64,000 nucleotides of DNA, from positions 682,001 to 746,000 of the forward strand of contig BDGG01000008.1 of NCBI GenBank assembly GCA_001949185.1, read 5' to 3'. The position numbers and the translations under genes are program-made. The first letter of the stretch is position 1. Every line of letters starts with the position of its first letter. The DNA comes from Ramazzottius varieornatus (taxonomy: Eukaryota; Animalia; Tardigrada). Positions 51,584 to 63,218 of the stretch are shown one piece after another. The notes beneath the pieces were generated by a model, which had not been told where the DNA came from, made no database searches, and was given only the letters and a program-made list of their open reading frames with translations.

Positions 51584-54307
51584 ATGGATGCTGATGTGGA
51601 GCACAAGCACGAAACCAAGCTATCACGTTTTTGTGTACGTTTCGGTCTAATCTTATTCCTCCTCGCTGTTTGCAGTTTCGTGTTTTTACTCGCCTTCAGG
51701 CCGTGGGCGAAAAATCCACCTTCTCGGCCATTTTCCTGCACCGTCAACGTCTCAAACATGACAATGGGGAAAACGAACACTACGGAAAGGCTGCGGCAGC
51801 TTCGGCGAAGAATGAAAGAGTTCAACATCAGTGCCTACATCGTACCAACCGATGATGCTCATCAGAACGAGTACATCGCCGCCGCAGACCAGCGTCGGGA
51901 GTTCATCTCAGGGTTTACAGGCTCCGCTGGAACAGCTATCATTACCGAACATAATGCCTCTTTGTGGACCGATGGGCGATACTTCTTACAGGTGAGAACA
52001 TCTCAGCTTCCGGTTGCTCGTCGATCAAGTGGGCAAAACGGATGAATCAGTCACCTACCGGAATGTGTGACGTCATCGCGGTGTGCAGCCGTTTGAGGTG
52101 GCCGACTCACTTCTCTTACCTGGTTTTATCCACTGAGCTGGGCTAACTGAGAGTGTTGCTTCGATAGGCAGCTCAGCAGTTGGACGATAACTGGACACTA
52201 ATGAAGGACCGACTTCCGGATACACCTACTTTCGGACAGTTCCTCAATGACAAGCTTGCCCCGCAGTCTTCGATTGGTGCCGATCCAACAACGATTTCAA
52301 ACTCGACGTGGGAAACCATTTCGAAGGAACTGGAGATCAACGGCAGTAAAATGGTGAACATAAGTACTAACCTAGTCGATTTGGTCTGGTCGGAGACGGG
52401 AGACCGTCCTGCACCACCCAACAACAGTGTCTGGGTTTTGGAACAGAAGTACACCGGGAAGGACTGGAAACAGAAGATCCAGGATGTCCGCGAGAAAATG
52501 GCGGAGAAAAAAGCCGAGTACTTGGTCGTTACGGCGCTTGATGAAATTGCCTGGTTGCTCAACATGCGAGGTCAATTTCTTCAAGTACTAATCTTCCAAT
52601 TCAGTATGCATTGTGCATAACGAGAAATATATTATTGCGGAATGTACTTCCAGGTTCCGATATTCCATTCAACCCCGTATTCTTCAGTTACGTGATCGTG
52701 GGTATCAACCGTACGATGCTTTTCATAAACGAAAGCAAGGTTAACAGTACCGTTCGGCGACACTTGAACATCGAGGAAAACAGAATGGACACTGGACCAA
52801 TGTAAGTTTCCAGTTATTTGTGTTATTGGTAAGACTTAGACCCTGAACTTTTGAAACAACGACTTCGGTCTAGGGATGGAGTGGAGTTGTATCCCTACGG
52901 CGATGTCTTTGACAAGCTGGACGAGATTGTCCACCCGAAGGATAAGAAGTTATGGCTGACGCCGGAATCCAGTTACGCCGTCTGCAGTCGCGTAACTCAA
53001 GACCTGCTGGTGCGAGCGGCTTCCCCGATTGCTCTTATGAAGGCCGTGAAGAACGAAGCGGAGCTGGCTGGAATGTATGCCTGTCACGTCCGCGATGGAG
53101 TGGCCTTGGCGGAGTTCTTCGCTTGGATGGAAGCCGGTTCGTTTCAGAATCTTTCACATTTTCCGATATTGAGCTTTCTAGCATTCTCTCGGTTGTATTT
53201 CTAGAAGTACCGAAATGCAACGTGACGGAGTTATCGGCCGCTGACAAGCTGGAAGAACTGCGAAGTCAGCAGGAGAACTACGTCAGCTTGTCCTTCGATA
53301 CCATTTCCGCTTCCGGTCCGAATGGAGCCATCATTCACTACAAACCCACACCAGAAAGCAGCATACCCGTGACCAGCAACGATATGTTCCTGCTGGATTC
53401 TGGGTCGCAGTACCTCGACGGAACCACCGACGTCACAAGAACAGTGCACTTTGGCCAGCCTAACGAGTACCAGAAAGAATGCTACACTAGAGTCCTCAAG
53501 GGAAACCTTGGTACGGTAGTGTAAGATAGTATTTGGTCATGCGTGTCAACGTAGTAATATGAGCTATTACTAATTTCCGCTGTACCTTTTTCCAGCGATG
53601 GCTATGAATAAATTTCCCGAGAAGGCAACAGGAGAGCGCCTAGACTCGTTTGCCAGACAGCATTTATGGAACGTGGGACTAGACTATGCGCACGGTACGA
53701 ACAGTTTGACGTCAGATTTCATGGCTTTCTCGATCGGCGAATAGATTGGTTTCGATTTCTTCAGGTACCGGACACGGAGTGGGAGCGGGCTTGAATGTAC
53801 GTTATATAGTCTTTGGTCAGATGAGATTGAACATCGTAGTCATTTGCGTTGCTTCTCACTAGGTGCACGAAGGTCCGATGTCTATCGGTTACCGCCATAA
53901 TCCAAAAGACCCGGGTTTGCTAGCTGGCATGGTCATCACTGACGAACCTGGTACGAAAGTGTTGTTCAGGGCGGGTTTTCCCAGCCTTCTGGATGGTTGT
54001 AATACATAGTCGTTTGCTTGCAGGTTACTATGAAGCCGGAGCTTTTGGCATTCGAATCGAGAACCAGATGGCGATCGAGAAAGCTCAAGTGAAGTATGGA
54101 AATGGCTCCTTCTTGGAACTACGAAACCTGACTCTGGTTCCCTATCAGCGGAAATTACTGGTCCCTGAATTGCTCAACCGAGATGAGATAGCGTATATTA
54201 ATCAGTATCACGAAACGTGCCTTCAACATGTCGGTAAGGCTTTGCAGGATCAGAACAAGAAAGAAGCCTACCGGTGGTTATTGAAAGAAGCTGCTCCAAT
54301 TGGGTGA
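51584..54307 (+). CDS. Xaa-Pro aminopeptidase (aminopeptidase P, M24B) with N-terminal transmembrane segment
   Basis: [98 protein letters not shown]. Confidence 0.95.
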
Positions 54308-54618
54308 TTCGGCCAAGTCAAGTCTGTTTTTATCATATTCAATTCAAGGAGTGCGTCATTAAAACCAAGAACAATATGTGATAAATTTTCCATACAAAAA
54401 TCTATGATGATAGAGCTAACGAGATCGTAATTTTTTGAGTTCATAACGCAGACTGCTGAAACTGAAGCAGCTTTCTTTTAGAACAAAACTTTTGAAATAA
54501 AACTGTTCAAACCATAGAATGCGCCATAGCGTCGTGTGACAGATCAGAGGATCTGATCACTGTGTGAGGAATATCCATCGGCCGTTACCGGTCCAAAGTT
54601 CTCCGTTGTCCTTAGGGC

Positions 54619-55006
54619 TCAACCATATCTGAAACAAAAAGACGTCTGCTCGTTAGATTTCGGAAAGCGAGACGGTCCAGGACACTCCTAGAGGTGGGTT
54701 TTAGCATAAAGCAGATGTTTGATGAGGACTGGAAAGGAACCCCTGTCGTCGCAATACCTACCGAGACCTTCCACGGTGTTGGAAATATTTCCCGAGGTCA
54801 GCTAAATTATCAAGAGTTTCGGTCAACTGGGCAATATCGTCGTACTTTGCGCTAGCCGTGGCTCCCGAGGACTGCCCCGCAAGCCCGGAACCCGACTCCA
54901 AGGTCGGGCTCTTCATCAGCACTCCCCAAGAGCGATTTGGCAGTCGCATATCACAGTGCACCAGCCCGAAGACCACAACCAGTAAGGTAACAACCTGAAG
55001 AGCCAT
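54619..55006 (-). CDS. Neuropeptide F/Y-like precursor A (…LGKYFQHRGRSRY-amide)
   Basis: Signal peptide MALQVVTLLVVVFGLVHC; NPF-like LxxLxxYF..GRxR; phase-2 intron 54761-54629 in the Arg codon (CG|A TAT GGT TGA = R-Y-G-stop). Confidence 0.8.
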
Positions 55007-55854
55007 CTTGTTTCCGGCTAAGAGAATACTGCAGCAATATTGGGAATACAGGGTCTACACCAGAGTAGTTCTCGATCGGATTAGCTGTGAAGGGCCAAGC
55101 ACGCTCACGTGAAAGTACCGAGTATAGCCGGGTCGGCTAGACTAGAGAAACATGAACCAAATGGAATGTATTAAAATTTATGGCTTTCAAAGTACGGCCT
55201 TGGACTCTCTGGAGCCATCAGTAGTGTCATTGAGTACCCCAATACGTGGTAAGAAAAAAAAGGGGAAGACTGAAGAGGCAGTTCCTTCATACCAGGGTCT
55301 AATCGTCCCGCTTCTCACGATCCCTCCCCATTGATATCTTTGGGTTCCACCCGTGATCTATTACCATTTGCGTCTCCTGAAGAGCTTTCTTCAAAGCACG
55401 AACTCACCGGGGACCCACTACATCTACGTCATCTTCACAGAACTTCAAAAAATGATCACCCAACAAGTTCCAGGTGAGATTATCCACGGTGAACATGAAA
55501 AAGTCTGTCAAAATCCATGTCACTGTACAAACAGACGACATATACAGCGTAATGCCATTAACGGTCGGATCGAGGTAAGTACCTGACTGCTCCTCGATTC
55601 ATTGTCATGAAATGCCGTCTGTTTGACTTTGACTCCAGGTGGTCGGCGGGCATCCAAAAACCCTGATGTGGCCTTTCGAAGGAACAAAAACCTGTCGTGT
55701 TGGTATGCTACTATATGACGTAAATCTCTTACCGTAATACGGCGTGCTATCTGTAACACAATGTCATACGTTCCCCCTTTGAAACCCTTCCCAAATCTTT
55801 TTTATTTATGATTAAGAGAAGCGCAACGTGTGCAATCAAATTAACATCATTCAC

Positions 55855-56177
55855 CTAGAACGACCTTTGTGTGTGAAGTAGGCATCAAGCTCCCCGATCT
55901 TCCTGAGACTTCTGGAGAGCATGACCACATTATCCCATTTGGGTCCAGTCCGATCGCGTTCGTCTTGAAACACTGGATCGGATAGAAGAAGATGGTGGGG
56001 TGGCTTGTCCATATCGGCAGATTCTGGGTCGCTTCCTATGGATTCGAAGACAGACTGGGCAGTTAATGCCTCCGCATGCGTATGCTTGTTATTACAGATC
56101 AGGAAACCAAGCGCCAATAAACATACGAAGGATGGCAGGCTCAGCAGTCCAGAAGATTTTTGGCTTGTCGACGTCAT
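55855..56177 (-). CDS. Neuropeptide F/Y-like precursor B, exon 1 (…IGELDAYFTHKGRSR|; terminal exon ambiguous)
   Basis: Signal-like segment (FVCLLALGFLIC), NPF motif LRKIGELDAYFTHKGRSR, phase-2 donor AG|GTGAAT at 55854. Confidence 0.75.
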
Positions 56178-57270
56178 AATGAAGTTGGGGGAAAATTTCG
56201 CTCGGAAGTCGTTAACACTCAACATGCACGAGAAGCAAAACGAGATGAATGTTTTTCCAAATTCACGCAGTAAAGACGTGAAGAAAGAAGAAATGAGTCA
56301 GTACGGCAGGCTACCCGGATTTCGGCTCAGACAGCATCCTTCAAGACCTCGAAATTTTTTGACCAGTGTGAGGTCAGAAGGCATCTGCCCAGCAGCCGTG
56401 AGGCCCTTATTGGGAAAACGGAGCGGAATTCGAAGTTTAACAAATTGGTTGTGAACTACTTGAAAATCTGGAGACCCAAATCGGAGGACACGGCTGAGGA
56501 CACAGAGAAGAGTTTGATCTCGGACATCATTTACTCTACAACGGCTCCACACCCAGTTTTGCAGCTTACGCCAGTCACCTGCACGTTGCAAAATATGCTC
56601 GGTTTTCTGGATTCATCTTCCAAATATACCTAATTTTCGAGCCTTTGAGTAGTAAGCGCATGGCCCATTGTAATTATGAGGAACCTTCCGCCCGTCCCTG
56701 ACGCAGCTTTAGCGGTCCAAAGAACTTATATACGTATAAACATTGGGTTTCCGGAGTATTGATTTAATAATCCGCACTCAACCTGCGACGGTACGAGTAG
56801 GCCACATCAAAGCTTTCCAAGGACAATCTCAAGATCCGGAACACGAGCATATCAAAATAGCCGTATAACTTTCTTGTCTCAATGTTTGTTCTGTTCATAG
56901 AGGGGACCAGCGTCTGCGCTTATTCCTTACGCCAACAAATCACTCCGTCCTCGTAGTGCTCTTTGGTGGTGCTCTGTCTTTTCTTTCATATCCCCATTAC
57001 TGTTACCCTTGACAGTTCATTTATTCCACTGTACTACGCCCCACCCGACGTCCACGAACAAAAACACATCCATCAGGAAGGAAAAACGCGGTCGCACTTC
57101 ACAAAAACCAATCACAGGTTACGCAGCCAGTCTGTCAAACACTGGATCCAGATACAAGCGATCCAGCGGTAAAAACCAAATTATTACATCACATCCCCCC
57201 AGTTTCCATTATTTCAGAGAGCTTCCTACTTCAAAAAAGAACAGAAGCAGCGAGAAGAAAAAGCAAAACG

Positions 57271-58349
57271 TTATTTGCTCGTCTTTGTGCGGGGAACCAT
57301 ATCGACCCGGCGCCAACCTCCCATGTTGATGCTAACAGGACATTCCTGTTCCTTCTCCGCTTCCAGCACATGTGGGTTTCCTATGACAAAATTCCCTTCT
57401 TGTCTTCTCCACCTAGACGGACGAGTCTTCCGATCTTCAGCGAAGTCATTATCTTTAGGCTGGAGGAATCCAGTCTGGTATATGCTCTTCCATTCTATTG
57501 CAGCTTCTGCGTCGATTTTAGCCTACGAAAATGACATGCTTACGGTAACACACTGAGTCAAACCAAATGAAGCAGAACACAGGGCGTGGGCATATGATTT
57601 GAACCAAGTTGTTCTGCTGAGTGGCGCACGCTACTGGCCCATACCAGATAAAAACATGCGCCACTTGAAAGAACGATCTGGTTCAGTTCGTTTGTCCGCG
57701 TCCCATATTACACGCTAATTGGAAAAATGCTTGTCTTGAAAAAAGTATACAAATCACTCACCCATTTCTTGACGTGTTTATCCCAAAGGCCCCAGTTGAT
57801 TTCAGGTGCGCCGATGGAGGAATCCAGAATGGCACTTGGTGTTGACTTAGGGTTCTTCAGGCTATACGACTGGTGATACAGCGAATGCCAAGCAGCTCCT
57901 TGATCATGTAACGGAGTTCCCTTCTCCGGGTGATGAACATCATCCGGCGCTTCATTTTTGAAAGTTTCCTTGTTCTTCAGATATTTTTCTCTAGTCTCCG
58001 CGTACGCTGCTGGCGCCTCCTGGAACAGACAGTCTCGTATGAATGTCCGTTTATACGCAGACTGATGCTTCGTCGTGTCTTGTTGCCCTTGATTATACAT
58101 GAAGGCATCTTTGAAGGGAGCTTTCGGCAATGCCGCAACAGCTCGTCGTTCCGTCCAGTTCCCGGTCAGTACCTTTGGGCTGTAGGAGTTCTCCCCCCGA
58201 TATGATGGAAGAGACGGCTTGGCGCGGGTCTTCGATGTACAGGGGCTCCTCCTGGTGGCATCCGGACAGCCGGTGGGCATAGCTGACAAAGATCGGATTC
58301 GAACCACATTTCTTTCGGCGGACTTTTGCGGCGACCTTCGGGAAGCCAT
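57271..58349 (-). CDS. CFAP107: CFAP107 (C1orf158)-like ciliary microtubule inner protein (2 exons)
   Basis: PSY..YSPKVLTGNWTERR, SAYKRTF, SLYHQSY, INWGL, KSIYQ motifs; intron 57761-57523 (TGG|GTGAGT…TAG|GCT). Confidence 0.75.
57600..57695. mobile_element. Dispersed short palindromic element (GTGGCGCAC family)
   Basis: TGAACCAAGTTGTTCTGCTGAGTGGCGCAC…ATGCGCCACTTGAAAGAACGATCTGGTTCA in the CFAP107 intron. Confidence 0.7.
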
Positions 58350-58786
58350 CTCCTTAGCAACTCTAGTGCTGATTGCTAAACTCAGAACCCTAAGAAGAGA
58401 CTGTCTCGCCAAAACACCGATTCCGAAGAAGCTGAGTCAGAGTGCTAAACCGTACGTAGCGTGCCTCAAAGCCGAAGTTCGAACACGCAGCCGTACACTA
58501 CAGATCAGTTCGCTACAGTACCCAACATTACATAAAGGTGAACAGAATTTACCGCACTTTAATGAAGCCAAGACTTTCAGCCTGTCGAACACGCCAAGTA
58601 CGAACCGGGAATGATTAGTGTAACCAGTATAAAACACAATTATTTCGCAAGCGCAAGACTAGGCTACTCAAGAAGACTGAAGAGATATAGCCCTCCAGAC
58701 CGGCCATGTACAATAGAACTTCGGTAAATTGTGGGAGACTAGAGCGGGTCAGAACGTGCAAAACTTACCAGTATATCACAGACATT

Positions 58787-60380
58787 TCAGCTTTTCACGA
58801 CGATGAGAATGATGACAAGAAATAAAATAGTTACGCTTAGTCCAACTACGCAAAGGAACTTCCGGTTCTTCCGTTGATAGGTTTCGGCCTTCTGCAGTTG
58901 CTGCAGTCCGGAAGACGTTTGCACTTGGGCTCGGTCCACGTTGTAGTCGATACGATCCACAACAGCACCCTGAAACAAAACCATGGTGCAGTGACCATCT
59001 ACAGGCTGGGCTCGCAGAAAACTATTTCTCATTGCGTAGTATCACAAGAGCAGACAGGCCAAACTTTCACACACCTACGTACACATTGCTGCCTGCATAC
59101 GCCTACGCCAGCATATCTAGGTGCATGGAAGATGGGCGTTTTTCGTCTGCTGAGCTTCGAATAACAGACAAAGCGGCCGAGAAGAAAAAAATACGAAGTA
59201 TCAAATCCCTACCTGTTCTACAACCATAACAGACAGGTCGTTGAAGATTTCGTTGAGCTCCGTGATTGATTTCACAACTTCGCTGACTTGTCTTTCTCGG
59301 TTGCGAGCTGCCTCGATATCTTCTTCTTGGAGCTGTAGCTGACTTGTCATTCCAATGTTCTCCTGGATAAAAACTCAAGGTGAGAAACCTTGGTTAACCC
59401 GCATAGTCCGTCTAACAGTGTGTGATACCCGCTGAAAAAGAGTGACATCTTCTTCGTCATCGGCTTCCGGCATGAATCGGTCAGACGCACCCTGCTTCAG
59501 TAAGTTGCTGCCGAAATACATCTCCGACTGTTGCTCTCGATGTTTTATTCCTGCAAGCACAAAAAGCAGTGTCAAGCGGAAGTCTTCCGAGCGAGCAAAA
59601 GTGTGCGGATACCTACGAGAAAGATATGCGGATTGACTCTGACGAAATTCCACGGTGGCTTCCTGTAACTCGGACACCAAGGAGAGGATAACATTCTTCT
59701 TTAGTCGGTCTTCTTGTCCGGTCGCATTGCTCTGCGACCGCTTCCGGAAGTTCTCCACCTGGCGCTGCAGTTGATGCAGTTTCCGGGTGAGATCTTCCGA
59801 GAACTTTTCGATTGCGTGTTCCTCTTCTTGGGACTGTTCGGTGTTGTCATCAAAGATTAACGTCGGTCTCGTCAGATGCTTCTCGTGAAGGGCGTTCAGT
59901 TCCTTGACTGGAAACAAAAAATTTGTAGCAAACCAGACCGACAGCAAGTGTACCGCTCGACCTCCAAAGTCCAGACATACCTCTCTGACGCACCATGTCA
60001 ATCTGGTCTTTGAATTCGGGTAGCGTATTCAACCTAGTGAAAAATAGTTCGCGAGATGTGGTAGATATTATTCTAAACATTACCGTACCATTCAGGCGCT
60101 CTTTCCGAATTATAATTTCGGTCCGAATCACTGACATCGCCTCTTTCCACATCAACGTCCAGGTTCTTCCTGTTTCCTTTCTTCGAGCGCGGAACCAATG
60201 ATGCTCTGTCTTCGGTCTGAAACAAGTTATCGATTACTACGGCGCATAATTATCCTGCTGTAGACCGCGATTACGTAGTACCTCTCCATCTTGTCCCATA
60301 TGGTCAGAAAAGATATGAAGGCGCTGAATGGCGTTGTTCCGCATCAGGCTGAAGATGTCTGTCAAGTTTCGCGTCGCCAT
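58787..60380 (-). CDS. STX16: Syntaxin-16 (multi-exon)
   Basis: N-peptide [71 protein letters not shown]-terminal TM. Confidence 0.95.
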
Positions 60381-60814
60381 TCTAAAAGCAGCAGAGATAA
60401 ATCCGGCGATGGACTAGGATAGGAGAAGGAGCGATGTGTGTACTACTCTTAGACAGGCTAGCTTCCAGGTTCAGAGCTCTTCCATGGCTAATTCAAATTT
60501 CAAAACATTTTGATGAAAAGCTATACCGCAATTGCGATACATGCAAAGTGTAGCCATGCGGCATCTTGAATAGACGCACACAATCAAGTAATCGCTCTAC
60601 GTTTTTCACGGTAACTTGCATCCACGGCTATCATCTGATTTTTTCGCAAATCCGCGTTCTAACTGCCACGAAGTTAATTAATCATTTTCAAACTTTCCGC
60701 ACTCTCCTTCAGTCCAGGCTTTGAAGTTTACCTCACCTCGTCATCTGATTGATTCTCGTCTCTTCCTCAAGACCTCGATTTCCCGTTCTTTCTATGCAGA
60801 ATCTTCGGGCTGCC

Positions 60815-62715
60815 ATGAATGGAACGGCTACTGCTGCCTCGTCTACGGACGGTGAGTCGTGCTTTGGATGAGTCTTGCGAATATTGAGCTTCCGACTCGA
60901 GCAACTACTGTATAATAATTAGGAAAGGTTCGGTGTGGTGCGGTGAAACATTTTCATCATCCTTCGCAGAGTCAGTGAAAATTTTTTCACCGCGGTGAAG
61001 AACGGTGAAAGCATTGAAAGTGTACCATTGATTGACTGATTGGCTCGAGACGAGTTTTGTACATGCTCATACTGCCCGCGCGGACTACTGTAATATACNN
61101 NNNNNNNNNNNNNNNNNNNNNNNNNNNNNNNNNNNNNNNNNNNNNNNNCGGTGAAGGATGGTGAAAATGTTTCACTGCACCACACCGAACCTTCCCTAAT
61201 AATGATGCAGTTTAGATTATCGGAAGCTGATTGAGGAATGTCAGACACTACGATCTCCCAGGCTGGACGTCGTACCTGTGCTCGTGACGGACATCCGCAA
61301 AGCTTTTGAAGACGCACGACTTCGTATCACGCCAGAGGGAGAGGCTTTATTGGATGAGCTTACGCATCGGTCTCTCATCTACTTTCGCCATTTCCTCAAA
61401 AGTCATGAAAACGCTGAAAAACACTTCTCTGCTGTTAAAGTCCGTACTTACGATTTGGTTAGTCATCTGCAACGAATTGAAATTCGACGTCAGCAAGGTG
61501 AGTTTCTCGGAAATATGTATGATGGGATTCATCGTTACACAGAATAGTGTTGTTAACCAGTACGTCACAGGACTTGCGCACGATTACGGGCACTTTTGGA
61601 TGAACCAAGCCGAAGACTGTGTGGAAAGAAAGCCGAGATCTTCCGACGGAAGCGACTCCTCTGACTCTGGTATCTCAACCAATGAGTCAGTCAAACAGGA
61701 TAAAGGTATAGTTCTGCTGCAAGTGTTTGTGGTCAAACTGGGCAAGCAGTAAGTTTGCATCTTATGTGTGCTTGCTCAGTGTGTACTCGTACCTCGAAGG
61801 AGTCAGTTCCGAGCAAGATGAGCTTCCCACGGAAGATGAACTGCTGAAGCTGTTCAAGAAAATCCAGGATGCGCTTGTCGTCGATGCCTCGGAGAACCGC
61901 TTGGTGATTCACGAAGTCAACGGCTTTGTCAAGGATCTGGAAATTGAACTCCGCTATGCAGAACTGCGTCATTTTGGTCTCATCCGGGAGAGCGTGAAGT
62001 TGGAACGACTGGAAAAAGAGCTGATCCTCCGTTTATCCACGATATACGAAGACATGCTTCGGAGCAGGAACAAGCTGAATGCCGTGGGTCTTATCGAATT
62101 TATCGAGCAGGAAATCTTCGTTCAGATACCGTGTACAGTTAGCGCGTAAGTTATTCTTTTGTTACTGACTTTTCACGATTCTACTCGTGTAACCGTGATG
62201 AGGCATTATTACAGTACTCTGACGCTTTGATTTACAGGAAACTTGATGAGAAGAAGGACGATGTCTCTTCTCGGTCTGCAAAGTGGAAAGCAGCGTTAAG
62301 CGAACCTGTTGGCCAGGCTATGTGGTCGATGTTAGTTAAAACGGACAGTTATGGCGTCCTCAGAGGCTGGACAGTGGATCGTTTCGCGGAGGAAGTTGCA
62401 GCGATGTGTGAAGTTATGGAGTCTGTAGACTGGCCTGCGGAGTTCAGCGCTATGGTCGGCAAGGGTGCTCCAACCATAGCCGACCAAATCATGGCTGTGG
62501 ATGCTATGTGGAGAGGTAACAGATTGAAGGGTGTGGGTACAGTCGTTATGAAGGCTTGCTGTCGTCTGATACCAGTGCAGTATTCGCGATACAACTACGT
62601 CTGGGAGAATGGTCCACTCATCGAAGCGTCGAGGTCGCTCGTGCTGGCAGAAGAAGAGGAAGAGCGAGCATTCCTGAAAACTCTGGCTGCTAGGAAAAGA
62701 AAGAGCTCGCAGTAA
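60815..62715 (+). CDS. Hypothetical multi-exon helical protein
   Basis: Exon 1 ATG 60815..G|GTGAGT, followed by co-oriented protein-like ORF segments 61278-62715 separated by short GT-AG introns; no family recognised. Confidence 0.55.
60920..61198. mobile_element. hAT-like non-autonomous element spanning an assembly gap
   Basis: TIRs TAGGAAAGGTTCGGTGTGGTGCGGTGAAACATTTTCATCATCCTTC / GAAGGATGGTGAAAATGTTTCACTGCACCACACCGAACCTTCCCTA; flanks ATAATAAT/ATAATGAT (7/8); N-run inside. Confidence 0.75.
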
Positions 62716-63000
62716 AATCACCAGTAATTCTGTTTTACCAGCTACTCAGAATTTGTGAATGTTGTCATTATACTTCTTAGTGTTACTATGCCGCTCAACC
62801 CTTCACAAGCTACGCCAAACATGAAATTGCTAGCGGTTCTCGGACCAACTTTTGTGTGAATATAGATCCTTTACCTTTACCGTGGTGTCTCCGGTTTATG
62901 GGCGGCCTTGGCGGTCACCGTTATTACTAGCTATCAAATCATGTAGCTACATGTTTTGATAGCTATCACAACAACCTACATGGTTTGATAGCTATCGAAA

Positions 63001-63215
63001 CATGTTCATATAGGCTCAACTTTAGCCTACTTCGAAGAAGTCGGTTTCTACTTGCACCGTTACTTGCACCGTTACATGCAAGTCCTGATGTCATGGGACC
63101 AGTGAGCTTACCTGCACGAAATATCCACGCCTACCGGTTTTCTGTTTCCGTGTGTAACGGTGCAAGTAGAACCGACTTCTTCGAAGTAGGCAAAAGTTGA
63201 GCCTACATGAACATG
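63001..63215. mobile_element. MITE-like ~62-bp inverted repeat element
   Basis: CATGTTCATATAGGCTCAACTTTAGCCTACTTCGAAGAAGTCGGTTTCTACTTGCACCGTTAC … GTAACGGTGCAAGTAGAACCGACTTCTTCGAAGTAGGCAAAAGTTGAGCCTACATGAACATG; no clear TSD. Confidence 0.75.
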
Positions 63216-63218
63216 AAC

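Noticed and set aside
18391-56177. GPCR and NPF-like peptides as a linked receptor-ligand pair
   Set aside because: The receptor has allatotropin/orexin-family motifs (DRW, WDVTETW), not NPF-receptor ones, and lies >30 kb away with many unrelated genes between.
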